Of a DNA stretch of 41,163 bases, positions 15,531 to 24,602 are shown piece by piece. Position 1 is the stretch's first letter. Each line of letters begins with the position of its first letter. Source of the DNA: a virus (lineage: Duplodnaviria > Caudoviricetes); the IMG/VR virus record IMGVR_UViG_3300033475_000071, positions 1 to 41,163 of that record; one strand, 5' to 3'. The notes below the pieces were generated by a model. The model made no database searches, was not told the origin of the DNA, and saw only the letters and a list, made by a program, of their open reading frames with translations. The translations under genes were made by a program, and so were the position numbers.

Positions 15531-15592
15531 TTAGGAGTGCTAACGATGGTAAAATATCGCCTGTTTTCACGGGTATTTCTGCGAGGTGCGTC

Positions 15593-15928
15593 GTGAACCA
15601 CGATATGGCCGAACATGAGTTGAACAATTGGGCGAGATGGTGCCGGTCTGGTCCAATGCCTGGCCCGTCTCTCGGGGTTGATCCGGCCTGCTTGTACGAC
15701 GAGTCTCCACAGCCAATCAATGAGGATAGGGCAAAGATTGTGCAGCGGATATTCGATTCATCCATTTTGATTGAACGCAAGATCATGCAGGCGGAATACG
15801 TATCCCCTGGGCGATACGGGAGGATCCGTGGAATCCAGGGTGCCGCAGTGTTTCTCAAGATCAGCGTTCCGTCTTATGAGACCATTGTGACCGTAATCAA
15901 GAATCGCGTGGCGAGGGCCTTCACATGA
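15593..15928 (+). CDS. Q-like late antitermination protein (start uncertain: 15527, 15593 or 15605)
   Basis: ELNNWARWCR N-terminus, EY...HTH-like C-terminus; position at the end of the nin region before a promoter/terminator pair. Confidence 0.6.
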   Translation: MNHDMAEHELNNWARWCRSGPMPGPSLGVDPACLYDESPQPINEDRAKIVQRIFDSSILIERKIMQAEYVSPGRYGRIRGIQGAAVFLKISVPSYETIVTVIKNRVARAFT

Positions 15929-16203
15929 AGTTTGCGGCCGAGGTCATGGCTCTCTTGGCCCCCTACCCCGGTCGAGAGTTTCGGATGCGCCAAATCGTGA
16001 ACTACGTTGCCTCCAAGAAGTCTGACGAACGAGAACGCAAACGCGTGCAGATGGCTGTTTATCGAGTGCTGCACACGCTTGCGGATTCGGGTCACGTGGT
16101 CATCAAGGGGCGCTCGACGAATGGGGCACCTGCCACGTATTCATGGCGCGTCGTTGAAACGGCGCAAAACCGTTACACGGGCTCATTGAATTCCGTTACC
16201 TAA
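15925..16203 (+). CDS. Hypothetical winged-HTH protein
   Basis: ATGA overlap; PGREFRMRQIV...VYRVLHTL..SG.V. Confidence 0.65.
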   Translation: MKFAAEVMALLAPYPGREFRMRQIVNYVASKKSDERERKRVQMAVYRVLHTLADSGHVVIKGRSTNGAPATYSWRVVETAQNRYTGSLNSVT

Positions 16204-16214
16204 ACCTGTACATT
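16186..16214 (+). promoter_or_regulatory. pR'-like late promoter candidate
   Basis: TTGAAT-17 nt-TACATT, about 45 nt upstream of a terminator, after the Q-like gene. Confidence 0.55.
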
Positions 16215-16258
16215 TAGCCCGTCCACAGTTGCGTCTGCATCAAACGCGCATCTGTCCT

Positions 16259-16298
16259 AGCCCGCGGCCCGAACGATCGAGTCGCGGGCTTTTCATTT
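16259..16298 (+). terminator. tR'-like intrinsic terminator
   Basis: AGCCCGCG...CGCGGGCT followed by TTTCATTT. Confidence 0.75.
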
Positions 16299-16307
16299 CC
16301 GCTCGCC

Positions 16308-16520
16308 ATGGCCCTACCCTCCTATCTCTACGGTGATCCAGCCGATCACGTGAAGTTCGAAGGAGAGCGGCACAACCGCGCGGTCGAGAAGCAGCAACAG
16401 CGCGAGATCCGCGAATCCCGGCGCGTCGGCGAAGTGCTAGGCAAGCGCTGGTCATCGGCCCGCGAAGCCGCAGAAGCGCTCTTCGATTTCCCGCCGCCGC
16501 TCGAAAGTCGTGAGCGGTGA
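16308..16520 (+). CDS. Hypothetical protein (70 aa)
   Basis: MALPSYLYGDPADHV...; first ORF after tR'. Confidence 0.55.
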   Translation: MALPSYLYGDPADHVKFEGERHNRAVEKQQQREIRESRRVGEVLGKRWSSAREAAEALFDFPPPLESRER

Positions 16521-16615
16521 TGCCAACTGCCCGGCAATCGGGCGCTTGAGTTGTTGCGACTGTTGAGGCAAGTCCGCTCGCCGTGAGGCGCCGGCCGCAG
16601 TCGTTACTAGGAACC

Positions 16616-16900
16616 ATGATGCACTACTACCTGTTCGAGCGCGCCGATGGTCGGATCGTTCTGGATCGGGAGGCGCTGGGCATCATCCTGAAGACGATCG
16701 AAGCGCCGGAGCCGAGTGTTATCCGGCGAGAAGTGGACGGCGAGATGGTCGAGGCGCCCCAGTATTGGGAATCGTTCTCGGCCGCTCGCGCGCAAGTCAA
16801 CGAGACCGGCCTGATTTGGACGCCAGAAGGCTGGTTCCGGTCGCATGATGCTTATCTGGCGTATGCAGTGGCACGACTCGGCGAGGCAGACTGTGCGTAG
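16616..16900 (+). CDS. Hypothetical protein (94 aa)
   Basis: ATG at 16616 after AGGA; protein-like composition. Confidence 0.6.
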   Translation: MMHYYLFERADGRIVLDREALGIILKTIEAPEPSVIRREVDGEMVEAPQYWESFSAARAQVNETGLIWTPEGWFRSHDAYLAYAVARLGEADCA

Positions 16901-16975
16901 GCTCTGGAACGGCATCACCGGCTACTCAGTACTTGCGCTGTTCATGTGCTCCAAGGCCATTCAGGCGGTCAAGTC

Positions 16976-17173
16976 ATGGAAGAGATGACCGAGCATGAGC
17001 AGGCGATGTTCCATGAATGGATGCGCGTAGTAGCGTCCCTGGCATTCGATGTTGGCCACATCGACCGGAAATGGCGCGCGACGGATCGGCAATGCGAGTC
17101 GCTGAAGGGCTATTTCGATGCTGGGCTTACGCCGGATGAGGGCGAACAGGCTCTTTTTGCGGTGCATCACTGA
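16976..17173 (+). CDS. Hypothetical protein (~65 aa)
   Basis: MEEMTEHEQAMFHEW...YFDAGLTPDEG. Confidence 0.6.
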   Translation: MEEMTEHEQAMFHEWMRVVASLAFDVGHIDRKWRATDRQCESLKGYFDAGLTPDEGEQALFAVHH

Positions 17174-17178
17174 ACATA

Positions 17179-17870
17179 CCGGGAGCAGAGACCGGGTTAA
17201 GAGGAAGCGTCGAGCCTTGAACGGCGCGACAAGGAACGGTAGCGGGCTCGAAAGCTTGTTCCTGTCAGTCACGGCCACGCGCGGCGTGGTAGCTCCGCAC
17301 CGGTGTTGCATGGACTGTGCTGTTGCATGCTTCCGCGTGGCTCACGAAACGAGCCTCCTCACTACTGCTGGTGATACATCGCAACCCCAAGGGGCGGCAG
17401 TCGTGAGGGTGAGATGAATCGCCACGAGAGTAACCGCCCGAACCCATGGATGCACGGCGGCGATGGTAGTTGGAAACGGGTCGGACAATTGCGGACGCGA
17501 TCCCTCGCGGCAACCTCGCGAGTTGCTACATCCTCAACTCATTGCGCGATTGTAGATCCCAGGCGCGGGTGCGCTTTCGCGATGACTGCCGGGGAAAGAC
17601 CGGCTGGACTCGGCAAGGAATCCGGGTGCTGGTGGGTACAGCCACCTCTCTCACGCATGGCGATTGCAGTGCGCCGATGTACGGACAAACTCAAATGGGT
17701 TAGGCCCGAGCAGCGCGCCAGTATCGGCTTCCAGTCGCCAGTCGTAAGAATCCTCCTCGCCACCCTTCAGGCGATTGTCAGCTCCGGCTGGCTATTTTCT
17801 TCCGCCCGTCCCAATCGGGGCGCGGCTGCCGCCATGGTGGGCGGCACAAACACTTGAGGGCAACCGCCCA
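17179..17870 (+). ncRNA. Candidate large structured non-coding RNA / hairpin array upstream of terminase
   Basis: No convincing ORF; more than 12 contiguous stem-loops with many plus-strand G-U pairs. Confidence 0.45.
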
Positions 17871-17879
17871 TGAAACGCT

Positions 17880-18398
17880 ATGGGACGTCCCTCGAAGCTC
17901 ACCGAAGCACAGTGGGATGAAATCCGCCGTCGATTGCTCGATGGCGAGAAAGCAGCAGATCTCGCGCGTGAGTACGGAGTCTCGAAAACTCGTATAAGCG
18001 AGAACGTTTCGAAACGCGCGAGCGCGGTAAAAGACGTTGCGAAACAAATAGTTGCAGCAGAAGTTTCGTTTCGTAAGCTTTCGGTTTCGGAACAATTCGA
18101 TACAGTTTCGATACTGCGGAACCTGACGAATACGCTCGGGCATCTGAGTTCGGCGGCGGCCTACAACGCAGCGACGTCGCATCGGCTCGCTGGTATCGCC
18201 AACATGAAAGTTGCCGAGATCGATGATGCGGCGCCATTGGATGATAAGAGCCGGGAAGCGCTGAAAGATATTGCGGTTCTGACGCGCATGGCAAACGAGG
18301 CCGGCGAGATCGGCATGAATCTCATTAGGGCGAACAAAGAGATATTTGCCAGCCAAGAAGATCCGCCCGCCCTCGACGATCCGAACCCTGATGTATGA
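17880..18398 (+). CDS. Terminase small subunit (N-terminal HTH)
   Basis: MGRPSKLTEAQW...LAREYGVS HTH; directly upstream of and overlapping terL. Confidence 0.75.
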   Translation: MGRPSKLTEAQWDEIRRRLLDGEKAADLAREYGVSKTRISENVSKRASAVKDVAKQIVAAEVSFRKLSVSEQFDTVSILRNLTNTLGHLSSAAAYNAATSHRLAGIANMKVAEIDDAAPLDDKSREALKDIAVLTRMANEAGEIGMNLIRANKEIFASQEDPPALDDPNPDV

Positions 18399-19669
18399 AG
18401 CAATCCGTCAAGCTACAGGAGCTTCATGCCAAGCAAGTTGAGATAGGCAAGGCGTTCATCGAGAATCAGCGCGTTGTTATTCGCTGCGGTCGACGCTTCG
18501 GCAAGACGACCCTGCTCGAGCGCTGTGCTGCTAAGTGGGCGTATCAAGGTCTGCGCGTAGGCTGGTTTGGCCCGACGTACAAGCTGAACCTTCCGACCTA
18601 TAAGCGCATTCTGCGCACGATCCAGCCGATCGTCGTCTCGAAATCGAAGATCGATCAGGTCATCGAGACACAAAAAGATGGCTGTGTCGAATTCTGGACG
18701 CTGCAGGATGAAGATGCGGGCCGGTCGCGGTTCTACGATCGCGTCATCATCGATGAGGGTTCGCTCGTCCCCAAGGGGCTGAAGGAGATTTGGGAACAGG
18801 CCATCTCGCCTACCCTGCTCGATCGGCAGGGCAAGGCTGTGATGGCCGGCACGCCGAAAGGAATTGACCCGGACAACTTCTTCTACGAAGCCTGCACGGA
18901 TAAGACGCTGGGCTGGCAGGAGTTCCACGCCCCGACCGCTTCGAATCCAAAGCTTGACCCGGACGCCGTTGCAAAGCTGATTCACGAATATCCGCCGCTT
19001 GTTTATGAGCAAGAGTTTTTGGCGCGCTTCGTGGATTGGCGCGGTTCCGCGTTCTTCTCAGAGGTCAACCTTCTAGTTGACGGCAAGCCGGTCGAGTATC
19101 CAGAACGTTGCGATCAGGTCTTTGCGACCGTCGATTCTGCGCTCAAGGATGGCGTCGAGCATGACGGCACTGCCGTTTGCTACTGGGCGAAGAACAAGAT
19201 CGCCGGTCACCCGCTCATTTTGCTGGACTGGGATCTGCTTCAGATCGAAGGGGCGCTTCTCGAAGAATGGCTGCCTAGCGTCAATCAACGGCTTGAGGAT
19301 TTCGCGCAGCAACTCAAGGCGCGCGAGGGCAGTTTAGGCGCCTTCATCGAAGACAAGGCCAGTGGGATCGTTCTGCTTCAGCAAGCGGCGCGCCGCGGGC
19401 TTCCGGCCTATCCAATCGATTCTAAGCTGACCGATCTGGGCAAAGAGGGGCGCGCGCTGTCCGTCTCTGGATACGTCCATCGCGGCGATGTGAAGTTTTC
19501 TCGTCATGCCTACGACAAGGTGACGAACTTCAAAGGCCAGACGCGTAATCACTGCTTGGCTCAGGTCTGCGGCTTCCGTATTGGGAGCAAGACGCCACAC
19601 ACATACGACTTGCTCGATACCTTCGTGTACGGGGTAGCAATCAGCCTCGGCGACTCCGAAGGATGGTGA
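18395..19669 (+). CDS. terL: Terminase large subunit
   Basis: Walker A CGRRFGKT, Walker B VIIDE, GTPKG motif III, nuclease-domain acidic residues (VDSA...IEDKASG...DLLDT). Confidence 0.92.
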   Translation: MKQSVKLQELHAKQVEIGKAFIENQRVVIRCGRRFGKTTLLERCAAKWAYQGLRVGWFGPTYKLNLPTYKRILRTIQPIVVSKSKIDQVIETQKDGCVEFWTLQDEDAGRSRFYDRVIIDEGSLVPKGLKEIWEQAISPTLLDRQGKAVMAGTPKGIDPDNFFYEACTDKTLGWQEFHAPTASNPKLDPDAVAKLIHEYPPLVYEQEFLARFVDWRGSAFFSEVNLLVDGKPVEYPERCDQVFATVDSALKDGVEHDGTAVCYWAKNKIAGHPLILLDWDLLQIEGALLEEWLPSVNQRLEDFAQQLKAREGSLGAFIEDKASGIVLLQQAARRGLPAYPIDSKLTDLGKEGRALSVSGYVHRGDVKFSRHAYDKVTNFKGQTRNHCLAQVCGFRIGSKTPHTYDLLDTFVYGVAISLGDSEGW

Positions 19670-19725
19670 CGATATCGGCATAGAAAAGACGCCTTACGGG
19701 GCATTCTGAAGAGCAAATCAGCACA

Positions 19726-21192
19726 ATGAGCGATCTCAACACAGACGGCGGCGTCGCATCGGTAGGAACTGGCGCCAACATTCCGTCATCGCTCATGCAG
19801 ATTCTCATGGCCGATGACATCGTGCCGGGGGCGATGCCATCTTACGAGATGGCAAAAGAGCTCTATGTGAGTCACCCGCTCGGCGCGAAGATGGCCGAAG
19901 CTCCGATCGAGGAAGCCCAAAGCCAAGAGCGCGAGATCAAGATCCGGGCCGATGGCGTGCCCGAGGATGACCTGATCGAAGCATTCAATCGCGAATGGAT
20001 GTCGATCGGTATGACAGGTGCCGATGAGATCATCAAAGGTTTGATGACGCTCAAGCGGGTGTATGGGATTGCGTCGCTCGGCATTGGCGCGCGCGCACTC
20101 AGCGGCGTGGATTTCCCGACGACCGAGCCCCTACCCTATGACAAGCTGCATGAGCTCGAGGTGTACTTCAACACCTGGGATCCGCTGAATACGGCTGGCT
20201 CGCTGGTGCTGAACCAGAATCCGAACGCGCCCGACTTTCAGAAGCCGCGGTATCTAGCTGTTGCGGGAAAGGAGTACCACTCGTCGCGAGCCGTGATTGC
20301 GCTCAACGAGTCGCCGATCTTCATCAATTGGACGAACTCCGCTTTCGGATTCGTCGGCCGTTCGGTCTATCAGCGTGCTCTCTATCCGCTGAAGACGTAT
20401 ATCCAAACGATGATCACCGATCAAGCGGTGGCCGAAAAGGCCGCCCTGTTGGTGATGAAAATGAAGGCGCCTGGCTCGGTCATCGATCAGCGTGCGCGTC
20501 AGTGGTTCGGCTTCAAACGCCAATCGCTAAAGGGTGCGAAGACCGGCAACGTCATTTCGATCGGCATCGACGAAAATATCGAATCGGTCGATCTGAAGAA
20601 CCTGCGCGACGCTGCGGAGTTTTCCCGCAACAACTGCATCAAGAATATCGCCACGGCAGCCAAGATGCCAGCTGCGATGCTTTACCAGGAAACGCTGACG
20701 GAAGGATTCGGCGAGGGATCGGAAGACGCCAAGATCATCGCGCGCTTTATTGCCCGCATGCGGATCGAAATGAATCCGGCTTATCGGTTCATGGATCAGA
20801 TCGTGATGCGGCGCGCGTGGAGCCCGGATTTCTACAAGACACTGCAGCGCAAGTACGCCGAGTATCAGCGCATTCCGTACGAGACGGCGTTCTACGAGTG
20901 GAAAAACGCTTTCACGGCGACATGGCCGAATCTGCTCGTCGAGCCTGACAGCGAAAAGGTGAAGGTCGAGGACATCATCACGAAGGCAGCGATTTCGGCC
21001 GTTGAAGTGCTGGCGCCGATGCTTGACCCCGAGAACAAGGCCAAAGCGGCTATCTGGCTGGCTTCGATCCTGAACGAGCGCAAGCTGATGTTCTCGGCTC
21101 CGCTCGAATTGGACGAGGCGGCAATCGCTGCTTTTGTCCCGCCCGAGCCGGAATCTGAGCCCAAGCCGATTGTTGAGTCGTCGCACCTATGA
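19726..21192 (+). CDS. Portal protein (DUF1073-like)
   Basis: 488 aa directly after terL; R.YG, G.SVYQR, IATAAKMP..ML....GF.EG.ED patterns. Confidence 0.8.
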   Translation: MSDLNTDGGVASVGTGANIPSSLMQILMADDIVPGAMPSYEMAKELYVSHPLGAKMAEAPIEEAQSQEREIKIRADGVPEDDLIEAFNREWMSIGMTGADEIIKGLMTLKRVYGIASLGIGARALSGVDFPTTEPLPYDKLHELEVYFNTWDPLNTAGSLVLNQNPNAPDFQKPRYLAVAGKEYHSSRAVIALNESPIFINWTNSAFGFVGRSVYQRALYPLKTYIQTMITDQAVAEKAALLVMKMKAPGSVIDQRARQWFGFKRQSLKGAKTGNVISIGIDENIESVDLKNLRDAAEFSRNNCIKNIATAAKMPAAMLYQETLTEGFGEGSEDAKIIARFIARMRIEMNPAYRFMDQIVMRRAWSPDFYKTLQRKYAEYQRIPYETAFYEWKNAFTATWPNLLVEPDSEKVKVEDIITKAAISAVEVLAPMLDPENKAKAAIWLASILNERKLMFSAPLELDEAAIAAFVPPEPESEPKPIVESSHL

Positions 21193-22016
21193 CTGTCTTC
21201 CAAGATGTCCTGACCGCCGCGGTGCGCGACATTACGGAGAACGGTTACGACGATCCGGCGCGGCTCGATGACTGGTTGCGAAAGCTGCGCTTCGCCGCGA
21301 TCGCCGATCTGCCGACTCCGGAAGAAATTCAGAACCGGATGCAGTTGGCAATGCAGACCGTGTTCAATCGCACGTTCTCCAAGTCGTCGATGCTCAAGTA
21401 TCACCCGGGCGTGCCGACATTCACGATCGAACGGCTGAAGCCATTCGCTCGTGACGAGTTGGACCGGCGCATCCGAGCGAGCGTCAACTTGATCAAGCTC
21501 AATCGCGAGGAAGCGGTTGAGAAGATGCTGCGGCGCGCGTCGGGTTGGATGACGTCGATTCCCGATCAAGGCTCGCGCGTGGTCGACAAGGTCGACGTCA
21601 AAGAGCACATCGCCAAGCCGATTCAGCAAGTGAAGTACGAAGCACGGCGTGTATCGATCGATCAGGGGCATAAGCTTCTAAACTCCATCAATACGGTCGT
21701 TGCCAATCAAGGCGGCGCGATCGCCGGTAAATGGCGGTCGCACTACCGACAGGCAGGTTACGACGCCCGCCCCGATCATGCCGAGCGCGATAGCAAGATC
21801 TATATGGTGCGGGATTCCTGGGCGCATGAGCAAGGACTCGTAAAGCGTGGTGATGCCGGCTATACCGACGAGATCACCCAGCCGGGCGAAGAAGTTTTCT
21901 GCCGATGCTATTGGGTTTGGATCTACGCGCTCCGCGAGCTGCCCGAGCCTATGCTGACTGGTAAGGGAAAGGATCTGCTCGAGCAAACTAGATTGAAACG
22001 CAAAGTCGCAGCCTAA
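21189..22016 (+). CDS. Minor head morphogenesis protein (SPP1 gp7/MuF-like)
   Basis: ARRVSIDQGHKL...W...RPDH..RD...PGEEVFCRC. Confidence 0.82.
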   Translation: MTVFQDVLTAAVRDITENGYDDPARLDDWLRKLRFAAIADLPTPEEIQNRMQLAMQTVFNRTFSKSSMLKYHPGVPTFTIERLKPFARDELDRRIRASVNLIKLNREEAVEKMLRRASGWMTSIPDQGSRVVDKVDVKEHIAKPIQQVKYEARRVSIDQGHKLLNSINTVVANQGGAIAGKWRSHYRQAGYDARPDHAERDSKIYMVRDSWAHEQGLVKRGDAGYTDEITQPGEEVFCRCYWVWIYALRELPEPMLTGKGKDLLEQTRLKRKVAA

Positions 22017-22033
22017 GCCGACATCACTCACAC

Positions 22034-22064
22034 AAAGCCATCCTCTGCGGTGGCTTTTTCTTTT
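22034..22064 (+). terminator. Intrinsic terminator
   Basis: AAAGCCA...TGGCTTT followed by TTCTTTT. Confidence 0.65.
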
Positions 22065-22072
22065 GGTAAGCC

Positions 22073-23971
22073 ATGCCGAGCACTAGCGAAGCCCAGCACA
22101 AAGCGATGGAGGCGGCAGCGCACGGCCATAGCACGCTCGGAATCCCGAAGTCAGTAGGCGAAGAATTCGTTGAGGCTGACAAGTCGCGCAAGGACGCTGA
22201 AACCGCCCCCGCCAACTGCGCCGGCATCCTCTTCCGCTCTCCCGGGCCGCGTTACCTGCTGGTTCGACGCAGCGATACGGGCGAATGGGAGCAGCCTGGC
22301 GGTCATGCTGAGGGCGACGAAACACCAGAAGACGCCGCGGTGCGAGAGTGCATCGAAGAAATCGGTGTTTGCCCTGACGGCATTCGCTGGCCGGTTCGCC
22401 GCAATCCGATCGCCAACGGCGAAGGCGAATACACCTGTTTCCTGCAGGACGTCAAAGAGCCCTTCGAGCCGAAGCTCAACAACGAGCACACGGCTTGGCA
22501 ATGGGCGGCACCGAATGAGTTGCCGGAGGGAATGCTCGAGCCGGTTGCGCGGACGATTGAGCTTGTCACCGGCAACGAGCTTGACATCGCAAAGCGGATG
22601 TCTGCTGGCTATCTGCTCTCTCCGCAAAAGTACGAAGGCGCATGGCTCTTCGATCTGCGCATCACGGGCACAGGCACGAGTTATCGCAAGGCGCTTGACG
22701 AATACGTCTACCGGCCGCCCGAAACCTTCCTGACCGAAGAGTTCCGGGAGCGCTGCAATGGCCTGCCGGTTCTCTTCCTGCATGCAGAAGGACTGCTCAA
22801 CACCCAGGAGTATCGAGAGCGAAACATCGGCTCGATCTTCTATCCCTATATCGCGGGCGATGAGGTCCGCGGGGTTGCAAAGATCTTCGATTCGGACGGC
22901 GCTCAACTCATGTTGACGACGCACGACTCGACTAGTCCCGCGGTGATTTTCCGCGACGCGGGCTCAGCCGTCTCCGTTGAAGTCGACGGTAAGACGGTTC
23001 TCATCGAAGGCAAACCCTCTTTCCTCGACCACTTGGCGGTATGCCCGGTTGGTGTTTGGGATAAGGGCGGCGAGCCCAGCGGAATTAACACTGGAGAAAC
23101 ACAGATGGACGAAACGACGGAACAAGTCCCGGCGTGGGCTGATGCGTTTGGTAAGCGCTTCGACGAAGCCTGCTCGGCATTGGGCGCTCGTATGGACGCG
23201 CTTGAAAACAAGGGCGGCGATGCAGCACCGGCCGCTCCCGCAGTTCCCATTGCGCCGGCCGCTCCCGCAGTTCCCATTGCGCCGGCCGATTCGGTTGCTT
23301 CCGAATTGAAAGTTGCCGAGGCTGCTGGTGCTGTCGAGGAAACCGCCGAAGCCAAGGCCGCGCGCGAAGCCAAGGAACGTAGCGACGCCGAAGAGAAGGC
23401 CCGCATGGATTCCGAAGAGGCCGAACGCAAGGAGAAGGAAGAGCAAATGCGCAAAGACTCAGAAGAAAAGGTGCGCGCCGATGCTCAAGCCGCGGAGAAC
23501 GCCGGCCTGAAGGCGCAGATCGCGGCGATGAATGCCCGCCTGACGGCACTCACAACGCCCCTCTCGGCCACCGATCGCGATCAACTCAGTGCCGCGCAAG
23601 CCCGTTGGGATTCGGTCGCGCAGATGTTCGGCGACAGCGTTCCGGCTCCGCTCCACGGCGAAAGCCCGATTGCCTATCGCCAGCGCCTCGCGTCGAAGTT
23701 CCAGAAGCACAGCGACAAGTTCAAGGGCATCCGCCTGGATTCGCTCGATGGCGTCGTGTTCGATACCGTCGAAGAGCAGATCCGCATGGACGCTCAGGCC
23801 GTCGCGCGTAGCCCGGAAGTCATGCCCGCCGGCAAGCTCATTCCGATCATCCGCAGCGACGAAGCTGGCCGTCAGATCACCGAGTACTCGGGCGATATGG
23901 ACGCATGGCTCGGCTACTTCAAACATCAGGGTCATGGCGTGCGCCTGCTCGACCCCCGCCAAAAGCACTAA
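22073..23971 (+). CDS. Prohead protease/scaffold (DUF2213-like) with N-terminal Nudix hydrolase domain
   Basis: Nudix box GGHAEGDETPEDAAVRECIEEIGV; YVYRPPE...GLPVLFLH...DHLAVC..G protease-like region; charged coiled-coil scaffold C-terminus. Confidence 0.8.
   Translation: MPSTSEAQHKAMEAAAHGHSTLGIPKSVGEEFVEADKSRKDAETAPANCAGILFRSPGPRYLLVRRSDTGEWEQPGGHAEGDETPEDAAVRECIEEIGVCPDGIRWPVRRNPIANGEGEYTCFLQDVKEPFEPKLNNEHTAWQWAAPNELPEGMLEPVARTIELVTGNELDIAKRMSAGYLLSPQKYEGAWLFDLRITGTGTSYRKALDEYVYRPPETFLTEEFRERCNGLPVLFLHAEGLLNTQEYRERNIGSIFYPYIAGDEVRGVAKIFDSDGAQLMLTTHDSTSPAVIFRDAGSAVSVEVDGKTVLIEGKPSFLDHLAVCPVGVWDKGGEPSGINTGETQMDETTEQVPAWADAFGKRFDEACSALGARMDALENKGGDAAPAAPAVPIAPAAPAVPIAPADSVASELKVAEAAGAVEETAEAKAAREAKERSDAEEKARMDSEEAERKEKEEQMRKDSEEKVRADAQAAENAGLKAQIAAMNARLTALTTPLSATDRDQLSAAQARWDSVAQMFGDSVPAPLHGESPIAYRQRLASKFQKHSDKFKGIRLDSLDGVVFDTVEEQIRMDAQAVARSPEVMPAGKLIPIIRSDEAGRQITEYSGDMDAWLGYFKHQGHGVRLLDPRQKH
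23228..23288 (+). repeat. 27-bp tandem repeat (about 2.3 copies) encoding a PAAPAVPIA linker
   Basis: CCGGCCGCTCCCGCAGTTCCCATTGCG x2 plus CCGGCCG. Confidence 0.9.
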
Positions 23972-23984
23972 GGAGCTTGCGTAA

Positions 23985-24590
23985 ATGGCCATCTCTTTCG
24001 ATCCGCAGTTGACGACGAGCCCGTCGAACAACTTTCAAGTCTCGACCGAAGGCTACGTCCAAGGCACCACGTTCGACGATACGTCGTCGCGCATGTGGCT
24101 TGCCTCGGGCGTCGTCGCTTCGAGCGTCACGCAACCGGTTTGGGGCGGCTTGCTCGTCACCGAAGATGTCGCAACGGTCAACAGCAACCAGCTCGGCAAT
24201 TCACTCGTGCTAGCGTCGGCCGCTGGCAACGTGACCGGCATGACGGTGTTCGATCAGGCAAGCAACATGATCATCGTCCCGGGTAATTCCGTGCAAACGG
24301 CAATGGCCGGCATGACGGTGAACTACTACCGCTTCGGCACGAACGCTCGTATCGCGGTGCAAGTGCTTTCGAGCCTGGTTGCCTCGCTCGAAGGCGGCGC
24401 GATCAATCAAACGCTGTACTGGGATCCGGCGCTGTTCCAACTGACGGCTTCGGGTACGAGCGGCGCTTTCGCATTGCCGGCGACGACGAAGATCGTCTCG
24501 CTCAATTCGAACAGCAAAATCGTCAGTTACGACTCGGGTACCGGGGCCGTCTCCTGGACGACGGGTAACGCAGCCATCATCCAGATCTAA
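23985..24590 (+). CDS. Putative head decoration/cement protein
   Basis: Beta-rich 201 aa between scaffold and capsid; AAGGAG RBS. Confidence 0.6.
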   Translation: MAISFDPQLTTSPSNNFQVSTEGYVQGTTFDDTSSRMWLASGVVASSVTQPVWGGLLVTEDVATVNSNQLGNSLVLASAAGNVTGMTVFDQASNMIIVPGNSVQTAMAGMTVNYYRFGTNARIAVQVLSSLVASLEGGAINQTLYWDPALFQLTASGTSGAFALPATTKIVSLNSNSKIVSYDSGTGAVSWTTGNAAIIQI

Positions 24591-24602
24591 GGAGCCCTCT
24601 AC

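Noticed and set aside
17174-17870. tRNA genes, or protein ORFs 17414..17857 and 17118..17417
   Set aside because: No GTTCRA T-loop or cloverleaf seen; the translated ORFs have atypical Arg/Ala/Cys-rich composition and coincide with dense hairpins
17880-18398. Resolvase/transposase because of the GRPSKLT HTH
   Set aside because: No catalytic domain; overlap with terL indicates a small terminase
19726-21192. Anti-CBASS Acb1 label sometimes attached to DUF1073-like proteins
   Set aside because: No paired HxT/S phosphoesterase motifs evident; size and position indicate a portal
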